Shown piece by piece: positions 1-10,131 of a DNA stretch of 64,000 nucleotides. The stretch is from an uncultured Chlamydiae bacterium (GTDB lineage: Bacteria; Chlamydiota; Chlamydiia; Chlamydiales; Parachlamydiaceae). A program made the position numbers and the translations under genes. The notes under the pieces were generated by a model. The model saw only the letters and a list, made by a program, of their open reading frames with translations, had not been told where the DNA came from and did no database searches. The DNA is taken from contig CAVWGN010000001.1 of assembly GCA_963754655.1 (NCBI GenBank), forward strand, positions 1,440,001-1,504,000, in the 5' to 3' direction. The stretch's first letter is position 1, and each line of letters opens with the position of its first letter.

Positions 1-664
1 CTGGAAAATCAGTATCTGCATAACGCAAGTCAAGTGAAGGCAAACCTTCAAGCTTTTTAATTAAATCTAAACAACGTCGAGCTTTAGTTTTCGTCATTTC
101 ATCTCCCGTTTCAGCCTGGGCATAAAGTTCTTTGACGGCAAAGCGGGGAATAATCAGGTGATGATCAAGCAAACCAGAAGAAGCTAAATCAACAATGCGA
201 GGATCCGAGAGAATAGATAAATCAACTAAAATATCTTTTTTCTTATGGCTCATCTGCTTGAATTCTATAAAGGGAATGCTCAAGCGAATTTCTTCAGCAG
301 CTTGTACAGTCATAATCATTCCCACATAAGTGCAAATGAGGTAAACGAGAAATCGCAAGGGCATAAAATCGGCACTGCTGATTTCCCAGCTCATGATGCC
401 GCTTAGGCTAAATAAAATGGTTTGTGCCATCAGATAGCCAAAAAATAGCCCTAAGATAGCAGTATTAAAGGAGCGTAAATTGAAGCGTTTAAAAATAAAT
501 TCAACTCCGATTAGTCCTCCTGCTAGAATCCCTCCTCCTAAGAGTCCGACTGCAACATTAATCCACTGGAAACCGCCTTCAAAATAATGTGTAGTAAAAC
601 TGACTGAAAAGAGTAAACATATCACGGAAAATAAAACTTGAATAAGAGAGAGTGAAATACTCAT
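1..664 (-). CDS. PIN/TRAM-domain membrane protein (YacL-like), 3' end outside the window
   Basis: Translated by hand from ATG at 664: four hydrophobic segments, then DILVDLSILSDPRIVDLASSGLLDHHLIIPRFAVKEL...KARRCLD, which resembles the YacL PIN domain. Frame stays open to the window edge. Confidence 0.75.
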   Translation of the reverse strand, partial: MSISLSLIQVLFSVICLLFSVSFTTHYFEGGFQWINVAVGLLGGGILAGGLIGVEFIFKRFNLRSFNTAILGLFFGYLMAQTILFSLSGIMSWEISSADFMPLRFLVYLICTYVGMIMTVQAAEEIRLSIPFIEFKQMSHKKKDILVDLSILSDPRIVDLASSGLLDHHLIIPRFAVKELYAQAETGDEMTKTKARRCLDLIKKLEGLPSLDLRYADTDFP

Positions 665-949
665 GATTTTGGTTCTTTACCTCATACAAAGTTAAATGCT
701 TTGAAATTTTTGTTCAAAGAATCTTAATAAAATTTTAATAAAGCCACCCGTCTACGAGATCGAGCGTGGCTAAGCTTAACACAATCTTAATTTTTTGTAT
801 ACAAATTAAAACTTGATTCTGCAAAGCAATACAAATGTTTTAAGCACGTGTAGAAAAGCTTGGAATTAACCTAATCTTTTTTTACACTTCAAAACTCAGG
901 TTTTAAGAACCAAAAGTTTCTTTACAATTTACCATTAAGGATTTTCTCT

Positions 950-1456
950 ATGTTTAAAGTGAGTCATTCAACTCTTATTTTTTTGTCGGGATTTGCTTGG
1001 TTAGCTATTGGCTGTTTTCTTTTGCCGCTCGGGTTAAATTTTATTGTAGCATCGCTTCTCAAGGAAAATGCTGCTCAGCCTCATCCCATTCTTTACTTTC
1101 TAGCCCCTTATGCTGGAGGACTAGATGCAGCGGCTCTGGTTTTAATTGCATGCGCCCTTCTGATTGGATTTTTGAAAGGGAGAACAGTATTTTCTAAGAG
1201 CGTAAAAAGAAGCGTTAGCCGCATTTTAACTCTTCCCAACCCAGCCCCTTTGAGCAAAATTTACACTCCTAGCTATTATCTGTTACTCGGTTCCATGGTT
1301 TTGTTAGGAGTTCTTGTACGCTATACTCCTTTAGATGTTAGGGGTGCAGTCGATGTAATCGTTGGCTCTGCATTGATTAATGGAGCGATGCTTTATTTTC
1401 GTCAAGCTTGGATTGTACGCCGCGCAACTTATCGGTCGTCCTCCGAGCTGAGATGA
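950..1456 (+). CDS. Hypothetical integral membrane protein (about 4 TM)
   Basis: 168-aa ORF, mostly hydrophobic segments, AAGGA upstream. Confidence 0.75.
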   Translation: MFKVSHSTLIFLSGFAWLAIGCFLLPLGLNFIVASLLKENAAQPHPILYFLAPYAGGLDAAALVLIACALLIGFLKGRTVFSKSVKRSVSRILTLPNPAPLSKIYTPSYYLLLGSMVLLGVLVRYTPLDVRGAVDVIVGSALINGAMLYFRQAWIVRRATYRSSSELR

Positions 1457-1589
1457 GGAAAATGTGAGTTCGGCAGGGTTGAAACTGCTCAACACATTTA
1501 CCGAAAAACAGAGAACTAATACATGAAATCCATCTGGATTTGAAGCCCTGCAGTCCAATCACACGGGCTTACAATGTGGTGGATCATGC

Positions 1590-1790
1590 GACGCCTTCAG
1601 TCGCCGCGCCGCTTCGCTCTGGGCTCTGGGTGAGGAGTTGTGAACCCACCGTTCGGTCGCCCTCTGGGCTCTGTCACGGTGGGTTTACAACTCCTCACCC
1701 AGAGCCCAGAGCGAAGCGGCGCGGCGACTGAAGGCGTCACTTATCACTTAGCTTACCGCCTCTTGTTAGCTTAACGCATAAGAGGTTTAA
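1590..1790. repeat. Palindromic element, family G (REP/MITE-like)
   Basis: 63-bp inverted arms at 1590-1652 and 1676-1738 with one mismatch. Arms and the downstream tail (to ~1790) match the arms of the 39938-41889 element. Confidence 0.9.
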
Positions 1791-1827
1791 ATTCGCTTCT
1801 AAAGGCAAAAACTCATTATCCTTCCTT

Positions 1828-2808
1828 TTATAGGGCTTCAAGTGCAGTTTTAAAAGCAGGTCCTGTTGTTGGATCTTTGTTTATCGGTAAGAAGACAAAA
1901 CGTACTTCTTCAAATGCACTTGGATTTTTCTCTACAAATTCTTTTACTGTTTTTAAAGCTATAGGAGCTACTTGATCGAGAGGGGCTTGAAATATGCCTG
2001 TACTCAGGGAAGGAAAAGAGATCGAATGCAAGGCTTGCTTCGTGAAATTATCGCTGACATAGTTAGCATGCTTATTTGGATCTTGCGCTATTTCTAAACT
2101 GTTTTGAAAAGCTGCCGTAAGAAGCTCTTCGCCATTTTCTTTTTCTGCTTTAACGCGATAATCAGGCCCAACTGCATGAACAATGGCCTTGACTCTGGGT
2201 GCTAAATCGCCCGCAGTTGTCAGAACGGCCTCACCAATATCAATTTGCTTGCGCTTTTGAGCTGCTAAAATTGTTTTACATTCCTTAAACGGGTCTTTGC
2301 CAGCCGCTTTGCTAATGGCACCACAAAGTCCGGCGCCTGCCAAAAGACGTTCATTAGCGGCGTTGACAATGATATCCGTTGTTTCTTCTGTTAAATCGCC
2401 ATATAATAAAACAATTTTGGTTTTTCCAATCTGTTTTTCAGCAAGGATTTCATTGGGGCTGGCTTTTGTCAAGATTTTGCATGCATTTAGTTGAATTTTA
2501 AAAGCTAGTTTAATGATGAGGGCAATCGTCGGCAATATGCCACCTGACAAAATATAGCTGCTCACTTTCAATACCGTATCGAATAGAGGAACCTGATTGA
2601 CATTCCCTTTTTCAAAATAAATTTTGCGGGCATCAATGCGCTCTGCCTTGACCTCAAAAGTTTCCGAAGTCAAAGAGGCGTATTGATCCGCTAAGCTTCC
2701 AATATAATATCCCCATTTTGAGAGGGAAGTCGTTCCGGGGTTGTCCGTCAACGTAAAGATAACGGGTTCACAAAAAGAGAAGTATGCAATTCTTTCACTA
2801 TAATCCAT
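1828..2808 (-). CDS. Macrodomain protein (ADP-ribose binding/hydrolase) with chlamydial N-terminal hydrophobic domain
   Basis: IVNAANERLLAGAGLCGAISKAAG, IVHAVGP and SISFPSLSTGIF macrodomain motifs; N-terminal LKVSSYILSGGILPTIALIIK segment (DUF648-like). Confidence 0.85.
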   Translation of the reverse strand: MDYSERIAYFSFCEPVIFTLTDNPGTTSLSKWGYYIGSLADQYASLTSETFEVKAERIDARKIYFEKGNVNQVPLFDTVLKVSSYILSGGILPTIALIIKLAFKIQLNACKILTKASPNEILAEKQIGKTKIVLLYGDLTEETTDIIVNAANERLLAGAGLCGAISKAAGKDPFKECKTILAAQKRKQIDIGEAVLTTAGDLAPRVKAIVHAVGPDYRVKAEKENGEELLTAAFQNSLEIAQDPNKHANYVSDNFTKQALHSISFPSLSTGIFQAPLDQVAPIALKTVKEFVEKNPSAFEEVRFVFLPINKDPTTGPAFKTALEAL

Positions 2809-2890
2809 AATATTATCTTTGGTAATGAGTTAAATTAACTTGTTTTATTTAAATAGATTAAATAGAATTTATAATTAAATGCAAGAATAA

Positions 2891-3310
2891 TTATTTGTGA
2901 TAATGGGAGCCTTTTTGAATTTCAATTGTTCGATAAATTTGTTCAATGAGAACCAGCCGTGTCATTTGGTGAGTAAAAGTAAGAGGAGATAAGCTCAGTA
3001 ATGGTCCCTGTTTAAGTTCTGGTGGAAGGCCCTCAGCTCCGCCTATCACTAAAGTCAGGCGAGATCCTCCCTTTTCCCATTGTTGGATCAAGAATTGAGC
3101 GAATTCTTCACTTGTCAGCAAACGTCCAGAAGGATCCAAACAAAGATAAGAACTTTCTTTTTGAGTCCATTCTAAGAGTTGAGGGTTATCTTTGGCCCAA
3201 ACGCACTCAACTTGCACAAAGGATTTTAAACGTTTAACGTATTCATTAAAAGCTTCGTCCAGCCATTTTTCTTTTGTCTTTCCAATGGAGAAAATTTTTA
3301 GTTTAATCAT
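2891..3310 (-). CDS. rlmH: 23S rRNA (pseudouridine1915-N3)-methyltransferase
   Basis: SPOUT motifs IGGAEGL and LSLSPLTFTHQMTRLVLIEQIYR...GSHYHK. Confidence 0.93.
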   Translation of the reverse strand: MIKLKIFSIGKTKEKWLDEAFNEYVKRLKSFVQVECVWAKDNPQLLEWTQKESSYLCLDPSGRLLTSEEFAQFLIQQWEKGGSRLTLVIGGAEGLPPELKQGPLLSLSPLTFTHQMTRLVLIEQIYRTIEIQKGSHYHK

Positions 3311-3327
3311 AAAGGTTGAGTACTCCG

Positions 3328-3385
3328 CGTCCCCTCAGTTTGTGGCTATTGAGAACAATTTCAATAGCCACAAACTGAGGGGACG
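3328..3385. repeat. Perfect 25-bp-arm hairpin between smpB and rlmH
   Basis: cgtcccctcagtttgtggctattga, 8-nt loop, tcaatagccacaaactgaggggacg. Confidence 0.85.
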
Positions 3386-3390
3386 AATGA

Positions 3391-3846
3391 CTAACGGGTC
3401 TGTTTTAAGGCCTGTTGCATACGCCGCTTTTCGTCGCGTTCTTTAATATCTGAACGCTTATCAATGTTTTTCTTACCTTTGGCAGTAGCAATGCGCAGCT
3501 TAACTCTTCCTTGTTTGAGATACATGGCAAGGGGAATAATGGTGAGTCCTTTTTCATTAGCAGCAACCTTAAGGCGGTTAATTTCTCGTTTATGCATGAG
3601 AAGTTTGCGATCGCGCTTTTCTTCATGATTGTAAATATTTCCAAAACGATAAGGAGCAATGTTGCAGCCAATGAGCCAAATTTCTCCATTTAAGACTTTG
3701 ACATAGGCTTCTTGAAGTGTGGCACCATGATTGCGAATTGATTTGATTTCTGTTCCTTGCAGAACAATACCTACTTCAAATGTTTCGAGAATTTCATAAT
3801 CATGTGTCGCACGACGATTAGAAACAAGGTCTTGGGATTGACTCAT
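3391..3846 (-). CDS. smpB: SsrA-binding protein
   Basis: NRRATHDYEILETFEVGIVLQGTEIKSIR, RKLLMHKREI and KGKKNIDKR motifs. Confidence 0.97.
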   Translation of the reverse strand: MSQSQDLVSNRRATHDYEILETFEVGIVLQGTEIKSIRNHGATLQEAYVKVLNGEIWLIGCNIAPYRFGNIYNHEEKRDRKLLMHKREINRLKVAANEKGLTIIPLAMYLKQGRVKLRIATAKGKKNIDKRSDIKERDEKRRMQQALKQTR

Positions 3847-3918
3847 ATGGATTTGACCACTAGATAATGCGTTGATAACATTGCTATTTTAACTTATTCA
3901 GGACTAAGGTGCAAGGGA

Positions 3919-5031
3919 CTATATTACTGATGGAGGATACGGTTGCAAACAAGATTGAGCCGCTAAAGGCAGTAGCAAGATCTTTTTGGGCCCAGCAAAT
4001 GAATTTAGGAGATCAGAATCAGTAGTGGTTAAAAAAACTTGGCCTAATGAACCTAGTTGATCGAGCAGTCGCTCGCGCCGTTTTCCATCTAAACTGATTC
4101 CTACATCATCGATCATCAAAAGGGGAATGTCGTCTGCTACTTGTTTTAAGCGTTGCCATTCGCCCATATGTAAAGCGGCAACGCAGCTACGTTGTTGACC
4201 TTCGCTAGCAAAAAAACGGGCATCTCGTCCCCCTATTCCAATCCAAATATCATCTTTATGAGGCCCTACAAGTGTATGACCAAACACCATTTCTCGAGTT
4301 CGATTTTTGTTGAATTGATGCAAATGGAATTGTTTGATTTCTGCTTCGTTTTGGCAGTCACTGGCTCCTGAGCAATATTCCAGCGTTAAATTTTCCTTTT
4401 CTCCCGTTAGATAACTGTAAAATGCCTGGCAATGAATTTGAAGCGCCTGTAGGCTGCGGCGGCGTTGCATTACAAGATAAGAAGAGGCTTGCGCCATTTC
4501 ATTCTCCCAGCTTTCAATGCTAAGCAGTTTTTTTTGCTTTAAAAGTTGGTTACGCTGGCGCATGGCTTTGGTATAGCGTGCAAAATAATGGACATAGAGA
4601 GGGTCGACTTGAGCCAGTTGAATATCGAGGAATTGACGGCGCAATAGAGGGGGACCTTTAACTAAATTGACATCATCGGGTGTCATGGTGACACCTTGAA
4701 TGAGGCCCAATAAATTGGAAACATTTGATAAAACGGTACTATTATAAATGATTTTCCGCTCTTTCCCTTCCATATAAATGCGTAATTTTTGATCAACATC
4801 GTGTTTGCAAAAAATGGCTTCTAAATAAAAGGAATTGCATCCGATATGAATCAAATCCTGATTCAAAATAGAGCGGAAGGATCGACCAAACATGAGGTAA
4901 TGAATGGCTTCTAATACACTCGTTTTCCCTTGCGCATTGGGTCCGCAGATGAGGTTAATGGAAGGATCAAACTCAAAATAGACTTCCCTATAATTGCGAA
5001 ATTGCTGCAAATAGAGAGAGCGCAGATGCAT
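3919..5031 (-). CDS. recF: DNA replication/repair protein RecF
   Basis: FRNY, Walker A GPNAQGKT, GPHKDD, FASEGQQRS, LLMIDD; follows dnaN. Confidence 0.96.
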   Translation of the reverse strand: MHLRSLYLQQFRNYREVYFEFDPSINLICGPNAQGKTSVLEAIHYLMFGRSFRSILNQDLIHIGCNSFYLEAIFCKHDVDQKLRIYMEGKERKIIYNSTVLSNVSNLLGLIQGVTMTPDDVNLVKGPPLLRRQFLDIQLAQVDPLYVHYFARYTKAMRQRNQLLKQKKLLSIESWENEMAQASSYLVMQRRRSLQALQIHCQAFYSYLTGEKENLTLEYCSGASDCQNEAEIKQFHLHQFNKNRTREMVFGHTLVGPHKDDIWIGIGGRDARFFASEGQQRSCVAALHMGEWQRLKQVADDIPLLMIDDVGISLDGKRRERLLDQLGSLGQVFLTTTDSDLLNSFAGPKKILLLPLAAQSCLQPYPPSVI

Positions 5032-5058
5032 ATTTACCTGACACTCACGTTATGATAA

Positions 5059-6183
5059 TTAATCTTCTGACAGGCGCATGGGCATTAGAACAAATAAGGG
5101 AGAGGCTTGGCTAAGTTTTTCAGATTGTTCCCCATCTGTAATAATTCCAGGATTATAAGGATCTGTTAATCCCAGTGTCACAGTTTCTTGTTTGCAATGG
5201 CGCAGGATATCAAGGAAGAATCCTGGATTAAAAGCAATCTCAAGCTTAGAATCTTGATAATTCACTGGCATGCCCACATGACCCTCTCCAATATCCATCG
5301 TATTGGCTGTGAGCCTAAGTTCCCCATTCGTAAAGGTAAATCTTACAGAATGATTGTGGTCTGCTGTAAATAATGAAATTTGGCGAAGCAGCGAGGTCAG
5401 TTCTTCTCGGTGCAAAGAGATAATAATCTCAGAATTTTCTGGAATGACTCGATTAATGTCTGGATAATCGCCCGCTAAGAGCTTGGTGAGTAGAAGTGTC
5501 TGATTGGCTTGAATAGTGATTTTATCTGACATAAGAGAGATTTTTGCCTCTCCTTCATCACTCAAATTCTTAAGGATCTCTTCAACAGCTTTTAAAGGAA
5601 TAATAGATTGACTTGTAAAGGCAGGAGAAATAGGAATAGAAATGTGCGCACGAGCTAAACGTTTGCCATCTGTTCCAACAAATGTCACTTGGCTATTGGC
5701 AATATGCATCAATACGCCAGTCAAAACGTAGCGATTATCTTCTTTAGAGACAGCAAATGAGGTGCGATAAAGCACATCTTTAAGATCTTTCTGTTGAATT
5801 TGGAAAGTTTGAGCATCGGATGAATCAGGTAAAGCAGGATAGTCATGTTTACTCATTCCATTTAACTTAAAACGAGAAGTTCCGGCGACAAGTGTCGTCA
5901 TTTCGTGGGGATTAGAAGAGATTTCAACATTTGTGGTCGTCAATTCGCGCACTAGCTGTGCTAAACGTTTGGCAGGTAGCGTCGTCGCCCCTTCTTCCAA
6001 AATCTTGACTTCCGTATTGCAGCGAATCCCTACAGTCAAATCTGTTGCCGTCAAAATCAGTTCATCATTGCCAGCTTCGATCAAAAAGTTATTTAAAATA
6101 GGAATGGTCGCTTTTTGAGGAACAACGTTTTGAATTTTGCTAATTAAGTAGTTAAGTTCTTGGGTAGAAATTACAAACTTCAT
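5059..6183 (-). CDS. dnaN: DNA polymerase III beta clamp
   Basis: PILNNFLI, TATDL, GTDGKRLA, YPDINRVIP, VLMPMRL. ATG at 6183 (MKFVIS) preferred over the TTG start in the ORF track. Confidence 0.96.
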   Translation of the reverse strand: MKFVISTQELNYLISKIQNVVPQKATIPILNNFLIEAGNDELILTATDLTVGIRCNTEVKILEEGATTLPAKRLAQLVRELTTTNVEISSNPHEMTTLVAGTSRFKLNGMSKHDYPALPDSSDAQTFQIQQKDLKDVLYRTSFAVSKEDNRYVLTGVLMHIANSQVTFVGTDGKRLARAHISIPISPAFTSQSIIPLKAVEEILKNLSDEGEAKISLMSDKITIQANQTLLLTKLLAGDYPDINRVIPENSEIIISLHREELTSLLRQISLFTADHNHSVRFTFTNGELRLTANTMDIGEGHVGMPVNYQDSKLEIAFNPGFFLDILRHCKQETVTLGLTDPYNPGIITDGEQSEKLSQASPLFVLMPMRLSED

Positions 6184-6264
6184 AGTTATCCGTCCTAAAT
6201 CATCATGGTGCTTGAAGATACGAGATTTAGGCCCCAATGTCAAGGTAAAACCAAACCCTATGAA

Positions 6265-7632
6265 TTAATGAATGAAGTGGTTGCTAAAGGGAGTTAAGCA
6301 AAAGCAGGGACGGCCATGGAAAAGACCTGTCTCCACGACTCCTAGCTCGGCTAACCTCTCTAAAATGACAACTTGTATGAACTGTTTTTCTAGATCTGTA
6401 TAAGCAGGAACAACATATTTCCACTTTTTTCCTTTATTTTTTAAGGTCACCGGCTCTTGATCTCCAATAGGAACGATGACTCCCTGTAAAAAGTCTTGCA
6501 TTTCTATCCATTCATTGGGAGCAAGTCGTCTCAAGCTTTTTTCTACTAAATGTAAATTACGAATATTCCAAAGCGTAGAAAACTCTTCGACATTTGGAGG
6601 GGTGTTGAGAGGGTCCTGGGCCAATGCGGAGACTTGCTCTGGAATCGATTTTAATATCCAGTTTTGTCCTTTTTCAGTTGCTATGATTTGATGATTTGTA
6701 CTTTGTTTAACAAATTCTAGCTGAATCAATTTGCGGATAAGACTCTGAAGTTGATAAGGACTACAACTATGCAAATCCTTGACATCTTTTGGAAAGATTT
6801 TTTTGGATTGACAGGCACGTAAAAGAGTCACCAAATCTTTGATAAATTGAAATTCAGTTTTTTCAATTTTTTCAATTGGACCTTGAATCGGTCGAAATTG
6901 AGATTGAGTTTCAAATTGTAAATAGTCTAGCCATTCAGCAAAAGGAGTCACAACTTCTTGCCAATAATCGCCTATTCTTTGATAGCTTAAGCAGCAGACA
7001 AAGTGGTATTCAAGTAATAATAAATATTCTTCTAAACATTCATGGGTTAAGTCAAATTTAGCCATTAATGCTGCTGTTGTGACTTTAAATTGAGGAGATT
7101 GATAAACTTCTTGAATGATGGCTTTAAAAATCGGATGATCAAATTGCAACTCATTGAGGTATTGTTGATAGATCTTTGGAGTTAAAAAGTATTTCTCAAT
7201 AATGGATCCAAAAATATTGTCTGATGAACGAGGAATAGCATACCAAAGAGGAAGAATATGAATAGGCACTTGATTTAAAATGCTTTGTAAAAACTCAAGG
7301 TCAGGACGAAAATTTTCATCAAATTTCCCCATCTTCACTTCAAAGTATTTTCGCATTTCTTTATCTACTATTAGCACCATGTTCTGTCGTTTAAACAGTT
7401 TTGTGGCACTTAACTTATCTAAAATAGGCAACAGCAAATCGACTCTTGCCCCTAAATCTTCTGCAAATTGTTCTATTGATATCTTCAATGAATGATGGAT
7501 AATTTCTCGCATCACTTCAACTTCAAATACACTCAATTGAGCAATTAAAAGACGCGTTTCAATATCGCGGCGAAAAGAGTAATCAGCTAAGCTGATTTTC
7601 GCTTTGCGTAGCGGAGGAACAGATGATAGCAT
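6265..7632 (-). CDS. Hypothetical protein (455 aa)
   Basis: Long ORF with ATG start, same strand as dnaN; no motif recognised with confidence. Confidence 0.75.
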   Translation of the reverse strand: MLSSVPPLRKAKISLADYSFRRDIETRLLIAQLSVFEVEVMREIIHHSLKISIEQFAEDLGARVDLLLPILDKLSATKLFKRQNMVLIVDKEMRKYFEVKMGKFDENFRPDLEFLQSILNQVPIHILPLWYAIPRSSDNIFGSIIEKYFLTPKIYQQYLNELQFDHPIFKAIIQEVYQSPQFKVTTAALMAKFDLTHECLEEYLLLLEYHFVCCLSYQRIGDYWQEVVTPFAEWLDYLQFETQSQFRPIQGPIEKIEKTEFQFIKDLVTLLRACQSKKIFPKDVKDLHSCSPYQLQSLIRKLIQLEFVKQSTNHQIIATEKGQNWILKSIPEQVSALAQDPLNTPPNVEEFSTLWNIRNLHLVEKSLRRLAPNEWIEMQDFLQGVIVPIGDQEPVTLKNKGKKWKYVVPAYTDLEKQFIQVVILERLAELGVVETGLFHGRPCFCLTPFSNHFIH

Positions 7633-7947
7633 AGACTTCCAAATTTATATTCAATATTTTAGGAACCTTAGGATCTTAAAGCAGCCCTACAATTTTAAGA
7701 TATCCTCTTAGTCGACGTTCGTACGTTCAATGAAGCCATACTCACTTCAAGTCATTAATTCCTAATCAGTCCAATATGTAATAGCAATGAAATCGACATC
7801 TTCTTATTTTATTACTAAAAATGAATTTAATCAATTTTAAACAAATTTTATATAGTTAATAAAATTTTTTGTAGTAAATTAATTTGCTATTATTGTAGTA
7901 TAAAATTAACGAAGTTAGAGAAAGTTGATAAAAATTAGGACATTTGT

Positions 7948-8208
7948 ATGCCACGTCCACAGAAGGGTCATCCATCTAATTCCTCCAAAGCCAAGCAGAT
8001 AGCAGCAGACCAAGACATGCTAGAAGGCTTAGCTAGGGGCATAATAGAAGTGTTAGAAATAGATCATCAAAAAGAAATTGATCCGTTTGAAAATTATGCC
8101 CATCAGTTAAGAAATCGCATGCATGCGGATAATGAGGTCTTCTGCAATCGTTTTATTCAGGGCTATGAGATCTTGTTAGAGCAATTGCGTTCCAAAAAAT
8201 CCTCATAA
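7948..8208 (+). CDS. Small hypothetical protein
   Basis: 86-aa ORF with AGGA ribosome-binding site, followed by a hairpin. Confidence 0.65.
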   Translation: MPRPQKGHPSNSSKAKQIAADQDMLEGLARGIIEVLEIDHQKEIDPFENYAHQLRNRMHADNEVFCNRFIQGYEILLEQLRSKKSS

Positions 8209-8225
8209 ATTTAAGACAGATGTCA

Positions 8226-8259
8226 AATTGCTAAGGCTTGAAAGTAAGTCTTAGCAATT
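8226..8259. terminator. Hairpin between convergent genes (probable bidirectional terminator)
   Basis: aattgctaaggctt-gaaagt-aagtcttagcaatt. Confidence 0.55.
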
Positions 8260-8270
8260 AAAACTTCGTC

Positions 8271-9263
8271 CTATCTTGTGGCGATCCAACAAGCTAAATG
8301 AGGGAATTGTTTTTGCAGATTTTCTAGCCATGCTTGAGCCTCTTCAATCGAATTGAAAAGCATAAGAACTTTAGCTAAAGCATCAGCGGTAACGCAATCT
8401 AAAGCTAATAAGCTTGCGCTGGCCACGGAGCCTGGTTTGACTTCAAGAGGGGCAAGAGTCAAAGGATTAAAAATATGGCAATAGATCTTTTCTTCGCCCT
8501 GATCTGTCGTGATTTTCCAATATTGATAATAATCGCCACTGGTTGCTAAGGCACGATTAATTAGGTCCACGTGTGCAAGGGCATCTATAGGATTCGGATT
8601 GGCTAAATGGGTAATATAAACCCGCCATGGACGCTGTGAGGGATGAAAACCGATTGTACGTATTTCTCCACCCCATTCGACATAAAGATGGTTTAATCCT
8701 ATGAGATGAAGCCTTTCAATCAGTAAATCAATGCAAAGTCCTTTGGCTACTCCTCCTAGATCGAGCTGAGTGCGTGGATCATCTTTATAGAAAATACCGT
8801 TCTCAAAATGAAGAGTCTGCCAACCTAGGCAGGGCTTTAATGTGTCAATTTCTTGAGAAGTTGGGCGTTGGCCCTGCTCCAATCTTTCTTTCCATAATTG
8901 CTGAAGAGGCTCGATGGTTGGATCAAACCGGCCTTCTGAGAGTTGAACAAGACGATCAAGGCGGTGCAAAAATTGATCAAGTTGTGGAGAAAGATTATGC
9001 GGAATATGTGCTGGAAGAGCGTTCAATCGGCTTAATTCAGAGTGAGGATTCCATTTGTTATAAATCGCATCAATTTCTTGAAAAGTTGCATCAATGACTT
9101 TTTGAATCTGTTGCTTTTTGCCAGGTGGCAGTGGATCGCCAACGCTAATGTGATAGTCAATTGTCATGACATTTTGGGCAAAATGGGTAGGTTGAATTTG
9201 CGGGGGAGAAGAATGACAGCTAGAGAGGAAGAAGCAAAGAAACAACCAAAATGTTTTAAGCAT
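8271..9263 (-). CDS. apbE: FAD:protein FMN transferase lipoprotein
   Basis: Lipobox LSSC; FDPT, LDLGGVAKG, GGEI, ATSGDY, HIFNP and ADALA motifs. Confidence 0.93.
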   Translation of the reverse strand: MLKTFWLFLCFFLSSCHSSPPQIQPTHFAQNVMTIDYHISVGDPLPPGKKQQIQKVIDATFQEIDAIYNKWNPHSELSRLNALPAHIPHNLSPQLDQFLHRLDRLVQLSEGRFDPTIEPLQQLWKERLEQGQRPTSQEIDTLKPCLGWQTLHFENGIFYKDDPRTQLDLGGVAKGLCIDLLIERLHLIGLNHLYVEWGGEIRTIGFHPSQRPWRVYITHLANPNPIDALAHVDLINRALATSGDYYQYWKITTDQGEEKIYCHIFNPLTLAPLEVKPGSVASASLLALDCVTADALAKVLMLFNSIEEAQAWLENLQKQFPHLACWIATR

Positions 9264-10131
9264 TCTTCATTCTTTTTTGGTAACTTAGTAATGTATTGTG
9301 TAGGAGCATGGCAATTGTCATGGGGCCAACCCCTCCTGGCACCGGTGTAATAAAAGAGCATTTGGGCTCCACATTAACGAAATCAACATCTCCAACAATC
9401 TGATAGCCACTTTTCTTGCTAGGATCGGCAATTTTGTTAATGCCGACATCAATGATAACGACGCCTTCTTTGACCATATCTGCCGTAATGAATTGAGGTT
9501 GTCCAATTGCCACAATAATGATATCAGCCAACAGGCAGAACTTTTTTAAGTCATTAGAATAGCGGTGAGCGACAGTCACCGTTGCATTTCCTCCTGGTGT
9601 GCCTTGCATGAGCAGAGCTGCCATCGGTTTGCCGACAATATTGCTGCGGCCAATGACGAGTGCATGCCGCCCCGAAATATCAATGGAGTAGCGTTCGATA
9701 AGAACCTTAATGCCAAGAGGTGTGCAAGGTAAAAAACCATCGGTTTCCCCAATGAGAATTTTCCCTACATTATAGGGATTAAAGCCATCAACATCCTTAT
9801 TTGGGCTAATAAAATGAGTGATACGCGTAGGGTTGATGTGGGCGGGTAAAGGAAGTTGAACGAGTATGCCATCAACGTTTGGATTTTGATTTAATTCACT
9901 GATTTTTGCCAGTAATTCTTCTTCGGAGAGGGTTGCCGGAAGCTCATACTTAATAGAATGAATCCCTACAGCTTCACAAGCTTGCGTTTTGCGATTGATG
10001 TAAATCTGAGAGGGGGGATGATTTCCTACAAGGATAACGGCAAGGCAAGGAGGACGAGTGGTCAACTGCTGGATGTTGACTTTGATTTCTTGTTGAATGT
10101 CTTCTGCAACTTTCTTTCCATTAATGATCAT
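9256..10131 (-). CDS. folD: Bifunctional methylenetetrahydrofolate dehydrogenase/cyclohydrolase
   Basis: DGILVQLPLP, KDVDG, PCTP, GRSNIVGKP, TPVPGGVGPMT. Start ATG at 10131. Confidence 0.97.
   Translation of the reverse strand: MIINGKKVAEDIQQEIKVNIQQLTTRPPCLAVILVGNHPPSQIYINRKTQACEAVGIHSIKYELPATLSEEELLAKISELNQNPNVDGILVQLPLPAHINPTRITHFISPNKDVDGFNPYNVGKILIGETDGFLPCTPLGIKVLIERYSIDISGRHALVIGRSNIVGKPMAALLMQGTPGGNATVTVAHRYSNDLKKFCLLADIIIVAIGQPQFITADMVKEGVVIIDVGINKIADPSKKSGYQIVGDVDFVNVEPKCSFITPVPGGVGPMTIAMLLHNTLLSYQKRMKNA

Noticed and set aside
3311..3918. tmRNA (ssrA) near smpB
   Set aside because: The intergenic gaps are too short and show no tRNA-like ends.
7633..7947. Replication origin upstream of the dnaN cluster
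   Set aside because: AT-rich, but I see no cluster of DnaA boxes and no dnaA; it is explained as a divergent promoter region.
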